The notes below the pieces were generated by a model that was not told the origin of the DNA, made no database searches, and was given only the letters and a program-made list of their open reading frames with translations. Position numbers and translations under genes: made by a program. 64,000 nucleotides of DNA from Felis catus (lineage: Eukaryota): assembly GCF_018350175.1 (NCBI RefSeq), contig NC_058380.1, positions 57,288,001 through 57,352,000 of the forward strand, written 5' to 3'. This document shows positions 49,703 to 61,413 of the stretch, in pieces (position 1 is the stretch's first letter; every line of letters starts with the position of its first letter).

Positions 49703-52700
49703 GCTTGCTATCTTTATAGCATTTGGGGCATATATGATACAGGGCAATTGAGATGGCATCCAGTATTACACTATTTTTTCATTAAGCATTTAAATTTTGT
49801 AAATACTATAATTTTGTTCTTTTTTAAAACCAGCTTTACTGTATTGTAATTGACACGCAATAAATTNNNNNNNNNNNNNNNNNNNNNNNNNNNNNNNNNN
49901 NNNNNNNNNNNNNNNNNNNNNNNNNNNNNNNNNNNNNNNNNNNNNNNNNNNNNNNNNNNNNNNNNNNNNNNNNNNNNNNNNNNNNNNNNNNNNNCCTCAC
50001 ACCACTTCCAGCTGGTAACTAAAATTCCCCTTGTTGGATACCAGTGTTACCACTCCTTTCTGTTTATCTGCCTGGTGTCTCTTTCCCATATCTTTAATTT
50101 GGATCTTTATCACTTTGCCTTTTTTTTTCTTTAATGTTTATTTGTTTTTGAGAGAGAGAAAGAGCGCATGTGAGGGGCAGAAAGAGAGGGGGACAGAAGA
50201 TCTGAAGGAGGCTCCTCGCTGACAACAGAAAGCCTAATGTGGGGCTTGAACTCACGAACTGTGGGATCATGACCTGAGCCCAAGTAGGGTGCTTAACCCA
50301 CTGAGCCACCCAGGTGCCCCTTGATCACTTTGCTTAGAAGAAGTATGTTTCTTCTAAGTAGCATTGATCAGATTTTGACTTATAAGAAAGTCTTAGAGTC
50401 TTTTAATGGAAGAATTCAGTCCACTCATATTTACTATACTCAGTGATATATTTGATTTATTTCCATCTTACTTGTTTTTGAATTTGTAAACATTGTTGTG
50501 AACCCTTCTTTACCTTTGTTGGATTGAATGAATGGCTATTCATCCCATTTTCTCCTTGTTAATTTGGAGTTTGTCGTTCTATTAATAGTTACCATCTTTT
50601 GCCTTGTTCTCTGAAATAGATGCACATGATTGTTCTAGTATGTGAAAACAGAACAACTATTTCCATCATACTTTACTTATCTTCTACTTCCTCCCCACCT
50701 CAATAAGAAATGGTCTTTAGACTACTTTCACTACCTTTCCTCCTCCTTCCCCCCCACCACCCCAGATCCTTGGAACACTTACCTTTGACTTACCCTCACC
50801 ACCTGATTCCAGAGTTTTCTTGAGATGATTCAGTCCCTATTAGAAGTTCCTTTACAATGTACGTGTTCCTTCTGTTTCAAGAGTTTTAGCATTTATATGA
50901 TGTACTATACATATATAGAAATATAGATATAAATATATAGATCATGGTTCGTTGCACTCCACCGTTTTCTTTCCTCTTCCCTTGACCTTCCCCTATCTTG
51001 AAGTCTGTTCTAATTCATTTGTTGTTTCATTAGACTCTTTTCTTAAAAGTATTTCTCAGATGAGATACTGACTAATTTTTGCAAATCTTCAAATATCTTT
51101 CTTTCCTCCTTTAGCTAGGCCCTGGTTGAAGGCCTTTTCTTCCATTAACTCACATTCAGTTTTGCTGTCTTTTAACTTCCAAGGTTGCATAAGAAGAAAG
51201 AACTTTCTTTCTGCTTGGAAATGTGTAAGATTTCCCTTATCCTTAGAGTTCAGGAATTTTAACCTGTATAGGGCTGTCTTTCTTCAGCTCAGGGAAATTT
51301 CACCTATTATTTAATCATAACCTCTTCTCTACTGTTCCTTTTGTCCTGGAACTCACAGAATTTGCAGGCTAAATCTCCTGGGTCTGGTTCAGTCTCTCAT
51401 CTTTCACCACATAATTTGCATTTCCATATTTTTGTTACATGTTTTGAGATATTTCATCTGTTTAATTTTCTGGACCTCTTTTGGGGTTTAGGAGTAACCA
51501 TCCTCTCCTTTGATTTATGTATGGAAATTTCTAGTTCTGATATCACATTTTCTAGTTCAGGGAAATCTTTTGTGTTTGACCTTCACACATATCTCCTCCA
51601 GGCTCTCATTCAGTCAGAGATTCATTTGTTCCCTCCAGCAGGTCTCTCTGCCTTCTGGTTTGTCTGCATTCTCCTGGCCTCAAAGGCCGAGAATTTCAAC
51701 CCACCATTAGTTTTTTCAGAGAGCTGGAGAGATTCAGCAAAGCCACTGATTGTTCCTGGGAAGTCGGCTGTTTCTGGGACTTGCTGCCTTCCTGAAGGTC
51801 CTTGTTCTTGGCTCTGAGGCTGTCCTCCAGAAACTGGTCTGCAGGAAATTCTCTCTGCCAGGAACTCAGAAGAGCCCATTTAAAGTTCGTCCTCTATAGC
51901 TGGGAGTCATCAGGGATTGTGGAATGGAGAGGGTTTCCATATACCCAGACTCTCATACACCCAATGTGGGGCTCAAACTCAGGAACCATGAGATCATGAC
52001 CTGAGCCAAAGTCGGACACTTAACTGACTGAGCCACCCAGGCGCCCAGCACTTTTTTTTTTCTTTAATGTTTCTTTATTTTTGAGACAGAGAGAGAAAGA
52101 GAGAGTGTATGTGCACTTGAGCAGGGGAGGGGCAGAGAGAGAGGGGGACAGAGGATCTGAAGTGGGCTCTGCACTGACAGCAGAGAGCCCGATGCAGGGT
52201 CTGAACTCACAAACTGCAAGATTACAACCTGAGCCAAAGTTGGACACTCAACTGACTGAACCACCCAGGTGCCCCTCAACCTCAGCACTTTTAACTTTTG
52301 GGGACAGAAATTCTGTATGATGAATGGCTGGCCTGTGTATTGTAGGATGTTCAGCAGCATCCCTGGCCTCTACCCACTATATATCAATAGCACTCGCTCC
52401 CCAGCTGTGACAACTAAACATGTCTCTGGATGTTGCCAAATGTCTCTTGAGGGGCAAAATCACTTCTGTCTGAGAACCACTGTTGTATACCTTTCGATTC
52501 TATTTGATTTTTATAACACATGTGCTCACACTATTGCTCAGTACTCAGTGCAGTACTGAGCACTATTGCTCAGTGCTCAGTAATTAAACATTTAGCTGAG
52601 ATCATGAGATAGGGGAGAAAATATGAAGCTGTTGTGAAGGAAGCAAAAACAAGAAGTAGAGAATTTATAGTAGAAGATGAGGAAGCAAGTTAGCAAACTG

Positions 52701-53300
52701 GGAAAAAATTAGGAATAAATAAAAGAAGCAGAAACTCTGTCAGAGAGAGTATCTGAGTTATGGGACAGGAGGAGCAGGAGTGGGAAGACCCATGTACTCC
52801 TTTCTCCAAGGTCCCCAGTGATGCTGAGATCTGAGATCTGAAATCCAATAACAACAGTCTGCAGATGCCCAAACATACGATAGCCACTATTCGGTGATTC
52901 CCACTCCATTCAGCTTGTTAATTGCCCAGGTGTCCTAAAAGTAAACACCCCTTCACTTTTAAGCTAGGCTAAAGGAGTGTATTCCTTACAAACAAAGCCC
53001 ATAGACTTAGTGCCCAATGAAGAGATGGGTTCTCCACTGTGTGCTGTCAGTACTATATTCACTTCTTAGCATAATACTTTGAGAGAGACTCTGCTTGGGC
53101 ACCTAGGTGGCTCAGTTGGTTAAGCATCTGACTCTTGATTTTGGCTCAGGTCCTGATCCCAGGGCTGTGAGATCAAGCCCCACATCCAGCTCTGCTTGAG
53201 AATGGAGCCTGCTTAAGATTCTCTCTCTCCCTCTTCCTCTATCCCTTCCCTGTTCATACTTTCACACTCTCTCTTAAAAAATAAAAAGTAAATTAAAAAA
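48289..53300. mobile_element. Repeat-rich block: Can-SINEs in degraded L1/MER sequence
   Basis: SINEs at ~48289-48499, 48960-49164, 49290-49509, 50119-50320, 51960-52275 (all -) and 53097-53300 (+); MER20-like remnant ~52280-52481. Confidence 0.7.
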
Positions 53301-54689
53301 AGAGAGACTCTGCTCAAGCAAAACAGTGGGAATGATGAGTAGACTTCACATAAGGTCTGTAAAAGGAACTCTAGAGAGCTTTTCCTGGGAAGGTGGGGGA
53401 AAAAAAACTTAGGCCATCCATCAGAGCTGTCATGTACAGGAGGGAGAAGTGTTCTTGTATGATTGTAGCTCAGGAGGCAGAATTGATGACAAAAATAATA
53501 GGGGGGCAGCTTTTGGCTCCAAATTAAAAAAAAAAAAAAGTTCTCTCAAAAAGAAAGACTGGAAAGGAGTGCTTGTAAGGTAGCGAGGTCCCTATTTCTG
53601 GAAATGTTTAAGAAGTTGGTAGAGTGGTTCCTGCAGTGGGTATAAGCTTGGGCCAGATCTGTCAGCCTCCTCCCAGTTATAGAATTCTAGATATTTAAAA
53701 ACCTGGAAAGAGGCACACACTAGGCAAAATATTTTAGGGTCAAATGGAACAACAGTACATTTAAGTAAGGCAGAGGAGGGTGGCCGGTGGAGGAGTTGAG
53801 CAATAAGGGAAGATCTCAGAGGTTCAGCATCTTCCGCTGGCCTTGGTGTGCTGGTCTTTCCCCCCACAGAATTAGAACTCGTGGTTGCAAGAGATAGAAA
53901 ATCTAACTTAGAATGACTTAAGCAAAAAAAAAAGAGAATGCATTAGCTTACATAACCAAAAAGTTCAGAAGGCAGATCTAGCTCTGGTCATGTCTGATTC
54001 CAAGGTTCAAATGAAGTCATTTAGACTTGGTCTCTCTCCATGTCCCAGCTCTGTTTCCCTCCTTAGGGCCAAAACAAGCTTGGAAGTTTAGACTCATCTT
54101 GACGGAGTACAGAGCAAGGCCAAAGATGGGAGGGGTCTTGGCTGGATGGCTTCCTAAGCCCCGCCCACCTATAAGTAATTCCTTAAGAACTTCCAATCTT
54201 TGAGCATTTGGCCGTCCCAAAAACCCTTCCTCTTCAGATCTTAGGCTTATCCTCTATCCTCTTAGCTGGAATTTCAGGAAGAGGGAGAAAGCTGGGGCTC
54301 CAGAGTGGCTTCCCCTAATGATCCGCCCCTGGGAATTTGCCAGGAACAGGGCACTTCTTATGGCTGGAATCATAACCAGTCAGGGAAGGGAGGCCACTAA
54401 GGAATGCACTCCTGGAGCTACAGAAGGGGAGAGAACTACCAGGTATTTGGGAAAGGAGTTGACCAGCTAGAGAGATGAGGCATGGGAGTCGTCGGACGGT
54501 GTCTGAGGTGGATCCGGCTTCCCCAAATTATGTTTTCCAGATACAGGGATCAATGAGTAAGTTGCCACAGTCCTGGCCTGAGGGCCTGAGGGCCTATGCT
54601 AGGGCACGAACCTCGGTGATAGACAAGACAGAAAAATTGAAAGGTTGTAGGGATCAGGGAACCGCAAGTTTGGCGCTCAGCGAAGTTCA

Positions 54690-54960
54690 GGGCTAAACTC
54701 GGCGCGGGGGGTGTGGGGGGGTTGGATAGGGAGGATGGGGGGTGGGGAACGGAACTGTCGGGACTACATTTCCCAGCATGCCGCGGAGGGGCAGCTGTAC
54801 GCATGCGCAGAGGTCGTGGCAGGTCCGCGTGGTGCCTGGCGGGGGCGCTCGGAGTTCGGTCGTGAGCTGGCGGAGACCTCAGCAGACAAGGGAAGCCGGT
54901 GTGGGGGCGGAGTTTAAGGCCTGGGTTGGTGGTGGTACTGGCTCGGCTGCAATTTCCGGC
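54690..54960. promoter_or_regulatory. Orphan CpG promoter with ZNF143 (SBS), NRF1 and GC-box motifs
   Basis: ACTACATTTCCCAGCATGCC 54763-54782, TGTACGCATGCGCA 54796-54809, GGGGCGGAG ~54904. Confidence 0.75.
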
Positions 54961-55792
54961 TCGTCCCAGAGGTTGGGGGACCCCAAATCCCTTCTCTTAC
55001 AGAGTCAGGCTCTCACATACCCCAGACCGCGGACACATTGAGCAGTCTTCAGACTAGCAATTCTCAGAACCCCACACCCCGCTGCCAGTGGTTCCCTGCA
55101 TCCAGTGCAGGCCCCGGAAGCCACCTTCCCTCCCACACAGCCTCAGCTGCCTGCTCTTTACCGCGACCCGACCGGGGCCTCTTCTGGGGGAGGTCCATGT
55201 TGGGGTCCTCAGAGGTCCAGAAACCCCGGGGCATTTGGGTTATTCTGTGTGTGTGCAGAGGGTCCCCCATCTCATTGGGATCACCAGGCTGGGCTCAGGC
55301 GCACCGTTCCCTCCTCTGCTTTTCTCCGAGACTGTGAGTGGGAATGAGAGAATTTCAGAAGTAGAAGCCTCGGCTTCCACTGTTTTCTACCCGTGAAACC
55401 TCCGAAAGGTCTGTCAAGCCACACTTGCCTCTACAGAGGCCGTAGGAAGATGGGTTGTGGTAGACCTGAGGTTGTGGCTGGTGGCAACGCAGTCATAGAG
55501 ACCATGGGGAGAGTAGGTTGGGGGCTGGTGAGCTCCAGGTGATGGGAGTGGGGTGACTGCACATCCTGGCAATGTTCTAGCAGCAGCTTGAGGAGCAGGG
55601 CTCTTGCCTCCACCCCAGCACCCACCCTTGGCACTGTTGATGCCACCGACCCTCTTGGTCCATCTTCCCCAGCTAGGTGCCCCCGGAAGTGCTCTGTGCA
55701 GACAGCAAAGCTCACACCCCTACAATGTGGGGCCTGTTGCAGGTCTGTAGCCCTCTAGATAAAAATCTAAACACTTTCTGAGACATAGAAGT

Positions 55793-55798
55793 TTTATT
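55793..55798 (-). terminator. SIT1 polyadenylation signal
   Basis: TTTATT on + (AATAAA on -), ~585 nt after the stop. Confidence 0.7.
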
Positions 55799-56381
55799 TG
55801 AAAACTTGGGGACACAACAGAGGCAGCAGGATGTGGACTGGTATTCTCCTGCCAGTGTTCTCAGATAAGAAGCCAGGCTTGGGTTCCTCAGGTCACTAGA
55901 TTCCAGGATCCCTCCAGACTATGGGCTCCTGAGGAGTATACCCATCCTTGTCCTCTCAGGCTGTTCCCCTTTCCACCACTGCCCACTTCCTGTGTCTGAG
56001 GGAACACTGAAGTGTTAGGGGTAGACTTTAAAGGAGCGGGAGTGGAGAGGATCTGGTTAAAATCCACAAGGAGGAGGAAGTGAGAACCTAGGAGCTTGGG
56101 GCCTTAGAGTAATAGATGGGGGGAGGTGGATGGAGAGGGGGCCACTGCCTTTGTTTCCTCCCTTCCCAAGAAACTGGGGACCTACTTACTGTTCCCCTGA
56201 GATGTCTCCCTCATAGCTCAGATAGGAAGTTTGGGGAACGTTACCTCCTGTGACTGGGCAATGGCTGCATGTCTTGGGTGGGGGTGGGGGGCGGCTGGGA
56301 AACAGTCATTCCAGGGACAGGGTAGCAGTAGGCTAATGGAGGCTGGGGCGATGCTTGCCCCACTCTGCCAGGCCCTCCATC

Positions 56382-57324
56382 TCAGCTGGGTGCAGGCTGG
56401 CTATTGGCATAAGCCTGGTCTGGGAAGGAAGCCCGCGCTCTGCGGGTCTGGGCACACACTGAGGCGTAGAGCTCAGGCTCAGGGCCTGAGGCCTGGGGCT
56501 TTGGCTCAGAATCCAGCACCACCTCTGAGTACTTGATGGGGGTTCCAGGGCTGGGGATACGGCCCTGAGAAGGCCGCAACTGCAGGCTGGTATAGCACAT
56601 CACTTCCTCTGCAGCCTAGAGATTCAAAGCTGTTAGAAGTTCACTGGACCCTTGGAAAAGCCCCCACTTCCTTCCCTCCCCTCTTCCTCACCACAAATGA
56701 CTCACCGTGCTGGGGCCTCTAGGCGTTGGATCCTGCTGATCTGGCCCTGGTTCCTGAGACAGCCGACCTGAGACAGGGAACAGTAGTGATCTGGTTACTT
56801 CTTGTTCCTCCTCCTGCAGTCCCTTATCCCACCCACCCAGGACGTGCGTGGCCTCTGTGCCCCTCCCCTCTGTCAGCTTCCTACCAGTCTGAAGATAATG
56901 CAGGTTCCCATACAGAGGGACCTCTTCCACAGACCCTCCAGGGCTGCAAGACAGAGATTAGAGGATGAGTGGGGACTTCTTGGTAAGGAGGAACTCTTGA
57001 TCACCTATCTCTGTTGTCCCCTACTCACCGTCTCTGTCCTGGGTGGCTCTGGCTTCGGCCACTAGTCCATCGGAACAAGTGCGCAGCCAGTGAGATGAGA
57101 AGCAGCAGCATCGCAGCCCCTAAGAGGGCCCATAGTCCCCAGGCCTGGGCAATGGAGGGGATTCCTGTGGATGCCAGAGGATGGAGGGCATTACTGCCCA
57201 ACGCAACCCTCCAGGTCCTAGCAAGTGGGACTTGGGACCATGTGACCCCTCCCCCTGCCCCTGCCCCGCCCAGCTCACCGAGCACTAGCTGATCCGAAGT
57301 GTAATTGTCACATCTGCTCCTCAT
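56382..57324 (-). CDS. SIT1: Signaling threshold-regulating transmembrane adapter 1
   Basis: Exons 57324-57279 (MRSRCDNYTSDQLVL), 57164-57029 (TM), 56943-56885 (YGNL), 56767-56706, 56615-56382 (YTSL, IKYSEV ITIM, YASV, YANS; TGA). Confidence 0.93.
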
Positions 57325-59257
57325 GACTGCTGACGTGGGAGCCAAGTCTGCAAGTCCTGTGCCGAAGGGTCAGCCTGGTTTATGACCTGATAGCCGCCGC
57401 AGGCCCCTTCACTCTCACCCCTCCCTGGGCCTGGCCCCCACAGCTCAGCATCTCCAATACTGGTGGTGGCAGAGTCACTGGTTTCCGGGGAGGAAGGGGG
57501 AGGGGATGGATGAGTGCAAGAACAAAGACACCGCCCTGTGCCTGCACCTGCGCCACCCAGCAGCTTCCAGGCTTCCGCCCCCACCCTTTGTGGCCCTGTA
57601 CCCCCTTTGGCCAGAGGAGACGCAGGCCTGAGATTACTGTGCCGCTGTGCAGGCAAGCCCATAAAGACTCGCAGGGGACAAAGTAGCATGAGGCAGGACC
57701 AACAAGACAAGGAAGCCACACCTTATGACAGAGATTCCCTTCTGCCACAGGTGTCTGCCTTTTCTCTCCAACTCTGAGACCCATGCAAGACAATGTATTC
57801 CTCACCGAGCATGCTGCAAAGAGGAATGGGACGGGGAGGCCTCCCGATACCTACAATCCCACCACACCCTAAGGCTGACTATAGGGGATAAGATCACCAT
57901 TGTCATTCTTATTATTACTGGTATAATAGTTTAGGGGATAGAGGAAATTTAAATTCTCTGCTCCAGACCCACTTCATCCACACTGTCCCTAAGAACTGTC
58001 AATCTCAAAAGTTAGTTGAATTAAAGAAACCTCTGCCCCAGTACTATCCTGGGAAACTGAGCCATGTCTTTGCACTTGTTCACTTCAGGGAGTAGAGTAC
58101 CTGCCCTACCCAGATACAGACCAACCACATGGGATGCTATTGACATGGGAAGAAGGATTTCAAGTTCCTTAGACCAGAGGTCAGTGATATGTCTGGCCAA
58201 ATTCCCTAAAGGCAATGATCAGTTGAGGACCATTTATTATATTATACCTGGCCTGAACCACCTGTTTACATTGACTGTGCCAGTTGGCTTAGGTTCAAGG
58301 TTTGGACTACACTGCTCTGCAACCAGGCTGCCTCCTGATCATCAGCTAAACTATGACAACTCCCCTGAGTGTGGGTCTCTCCTCCCTACCCTGCCCCTTA
58401 CCTTTCTGGAAGAACAAGAAGATACACTCTTATTCCATTCATTTCATTAACATACATATACTTCATTCATTTAAGTCACACGTGCTGATTGCTTGCTTAT
58501 GTGCCAAGCTTTGGAGATAAAATTGTGAGTGGGAAATGGTTTTCTTCCTCAAAGTGCTCTTGATCTAATTAGGAACACGACCCTATGTATCCCAGACAAT
58601 TAAAAGGCAGCGTGGAACACAGGGAAACTACCCAAGTCTGCCTGGAGAAGTCCTGGGTGGAAGAGCTGGGGGTTGGGATGATGTGAGGTGCCTGATAGGG
58701 AGACAGAAAAGAGTTGGAATCTCTGACTTGCCTCTTACCTGTATTGTACCTGATTAACTTACTCAGCCTTCCTGAACCTTTGTTTCATAATTCTTTAAAA
58801 GAGCTTAATTACATTTACCTGTTGGGTCATATTTCTTTCCCTTTTTTTTAATTTTTTTTATGTTTATTTTTGAAGGAAAGAAAGAGTGTGAGTGAAGGAG
58901 GGGAAGAGAGAGATGGAGACACAGAATCTGAAGCAGGCTCCAGTCTCCAGGCTGTCAGCACAGAGCCCCACGTGGGGCTCGAACTCACAAGCTGTGAGAT
59001 CATGACCCGGGATCATATTTCTTTCAACAAGGATTCATTGAGTGCCGGCTAGCACCAGGTGCTATACTTAGCTATAGGGATAAAATGATAAAGAAAAGAA
59101 ATATGGCCCCTGCTCTCCTGCAATTAACAGTCTAGCAGTATTTTCTTTTTATAAGCAATTTTCATAGAATAATTGACTTTTAATTAACTGATTTTAATAA
59201 ACCAAAATGGATTTTTTCCAATTTTATTACGATATAATTGACATGTGATAGTGGTTT

Positions 59258-59670
59258 TGATCAGGGAAACAAAGGCAAGAAAAATGTAGTTCAAATTTCC
59301 TTACAGCTTGCAAGCCCACTGATAGATACCTGAAACATGCAGAGCATGACCTTCCTCAAAGAACTCGTAGCTGCCTTAATGCCTTAAAGTTTATATTTTA
59401 TTAAACGCTAAAAGTGACCTTACTTAACAGCAACTAGCCCCTCAAGGTCCTGAAAGCCTTGCTTCAAAATTCCTTAGAAACTTCCTTTACCTCTATGCCT
59501 CTTCCCTCCACAAACTTAAAAGTATATAATCAAGTCACTCCTTAACAATCCCAGTACAGTTCTTTCTGCACCATCCCCATGCTATAATAAAATCACCTTT
59601 TTGCACCAAAAATGTCTCAAGAATTTTTTTCTTAGCTGTTCTCTCATGAACCCCACTTCAAATTTCATCA
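59258..59670 (+). mobile_element. Solo ERV1-class LTR (413 bp)
   Basis: TG...CA termini, 4-bp TSD GTTT (59254-59257 and 59671-59674), TATA-like TATATAA ~59523, AATAAA ~59586. Confidence 0.75.
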
Positions 59671-59726
59671 GTTTGAAGAAAGTACAATAGTTGCAGTAAT
59701 GAATAAATTAGAAGTTAAGGGTTCTG

Positions 59727-59950
59727 GGGGCGCCTGGGTGGCTCAGTCGGTTGGGCCTCCGACTTCAGCTCAGGTCACGATGTCGCGGTCCGTGAGCTCG
59801 AGCCCCGCGTGGGGCTCTGGGCTGATGGCTCAGAGCTTGGAGCCTGCTTCCGATTCCGTGTCTCCCTCTCTCTCTGCCCCTCCCCTGTTCATGCTCTGTC
59901 TCTCTCTGTCTCAAAAGTAAATAAATGTTAAAAAAAATAAAAAAAAAAAA
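59727..59950 (+). mobile_element. Young felid SINEC_Fc
   Basis: Intact CpGs; perfect 17-bp TSD AGAAGTTAAGGGTTCTG (59710-59726 and 59951-59967). Confidence 0.92.
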
Positions 59951-60765
59951 AGAAGTTAAGGGTTCTGAATGAAGGAAACACAATTTGAGATATGAAGGTT
60001 GTACATATAGTCATTGACTGTACAGAAAGTAAGTCTCAGTGGAAGGTGCCCAGGAGTTATAATTTCAAGTGCCTGACTCAAAGCAGCTGCTCAAGTTAAA
60101 ATCACTAGTAAGTAGGCACGATTCTAAGCATTTTACTTGAATTATCCCACTTAATCATAACAGCAGTGAGGTAAATCTGTGTTATCACTACGTTATCACA
60201 CTGAGGAATGGAAATTCCTCAGAGTAGAAACTAAGGCACAGAGAGAATTAAGTAACTTGACCAAAGTCATTTAGCTTTCATAGGGGAGGCAGGATGCTAG
60301 TCCAGGCTATCAGTCCACATTCTACTATGTGCCATGGTACACAATAAATAGTGGCTATTACAGGCATTTTTGCCCATTGGAGAGGGTAGAGAAGAAAAGG
60401 CCGTTGCAAGAAAAGGGAATTGCAAAATATATATATAATAGCGATACAAAAAAAAAAAGTGTCCGCCCGCCCCGCCCCCCCCCCCCCCCATTGTGGCTCA
60501 GGGCATAATCTCACGGTTTATGGGTTCGAGCCTCAGGCTCTCCGCTGACCGAAGGGAGTCTGCTTAGGATTTTCTCTCTCTTCTCTCTTGCCATTCCCCT
60601 GCTCGTGCGCTGTCTCTCTCAGTGTTAAAAATTTTTTGTTTAATGTGTTAAGCCACACGAGGAAGAGGTGTTTCAATGGCTGCAGGAGCCCTGCCGAGGG
60701 GCTTAGACACTGCCAGGGTGATCCCCACGCGTCCAGCTAAAGTCTAAATGTCTGTGGCATATACC

Positions 60766-60769
60766 AAAA
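60766..60769 (-). terminator. Pol III terminator (TTTT) of RMRP
   Basis: T4 run directly after ...GCGGCTGTAG on the minus strand. Confidence 0.7.
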
Positions 60770-60771
60770 CT

Positions 60772-61053
60772 ACAGCCGCACTGAGAATGAGCCCCGTGTG
60801 GTTGGTGCGCACAAACGCACTGCCTGCGTAACTAGGAGAGCTGACTGAGGACACACCCCTGCAACACGCCGCTCAGCTCCCCCGCCGTACACGGGGGGTT
60901 GCTTCTTAGCGGACTTTACAGTGAAACACAGGGAAGGTCTACGTGCGCATGCACGTGGCACTCTCTGCCCGCGGTCCGGGGACTTTCCCCTAGGCGTTAA
61001 TAAGGAACAAGTCCCCCGTTTGTAGCCTAGGAAACAGGCCTTCAGCACGAACT
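60772..61053 (-). ncRNA. RMRP: RNA component of RNase MRP (~282 nt)
   Basis: Minus strand reads GTTCGTGCTGAAGGCCTG...CCTAGGGGAAAGTCCCCGGACC...GGCAGAGAGTGCCACGTGCA...ACACGGGGCTCATTCTCAGTGCGGCTGT, including the P4 pseudoknot halves GAAAGUCCCC / GGGGCUCAUUCU. Syntenic with CCDC107. Confidence 0.97.
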
Positions 61054-61078
61054 GTGGTGGAGTGTACAGGCTCTACTC

Positions 61079-61320
61079 TTTTATAGGTCCAAGACGCTAT
61101 TCATCATATGGTTAGGGTGAATAGATTGGTAGCATGAGAAATAAAAACGACTTTCCAGCATAATCTTACAAGACTGTAGACTTCTAGAAGCTTTCTGATT
61201 AATAGGATTCCTAACTAGATAAGAAATGAATTAATTTAGGAAAGCAGGGCAAAAGTCCTATGCTAATAAGTCTGCCCCGCCCACACGCTGAGTGGGCGTG
61301 GCCTCCCAGTGCAGCCGCGA
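61079..61320 (-). promoter_or_regulatory. Type 3 Pol III promoter of RMRP (TATA, PSE, DSE), shared region with the CCDC107 promoter
   Basis: TATAAAA 61085-61079; PSE TCACCCTAACCATATGAT 61120-61103; octamer variant ATGCTAAT 61260-61267; GC box 61274-61282; SPH-like CTCCCAGTGCAGCCGCG ~61303. Confidence 0.85.
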
Positions 61321-61413
61321 GCAGGACCCACACACACTGCTCCATGTACGCATGCGCGCTGGTGCTCTCGGACAACGCTGGCGCTGCTCGGGGCCGTCAT
61401 TCTGTGGTCTGCA

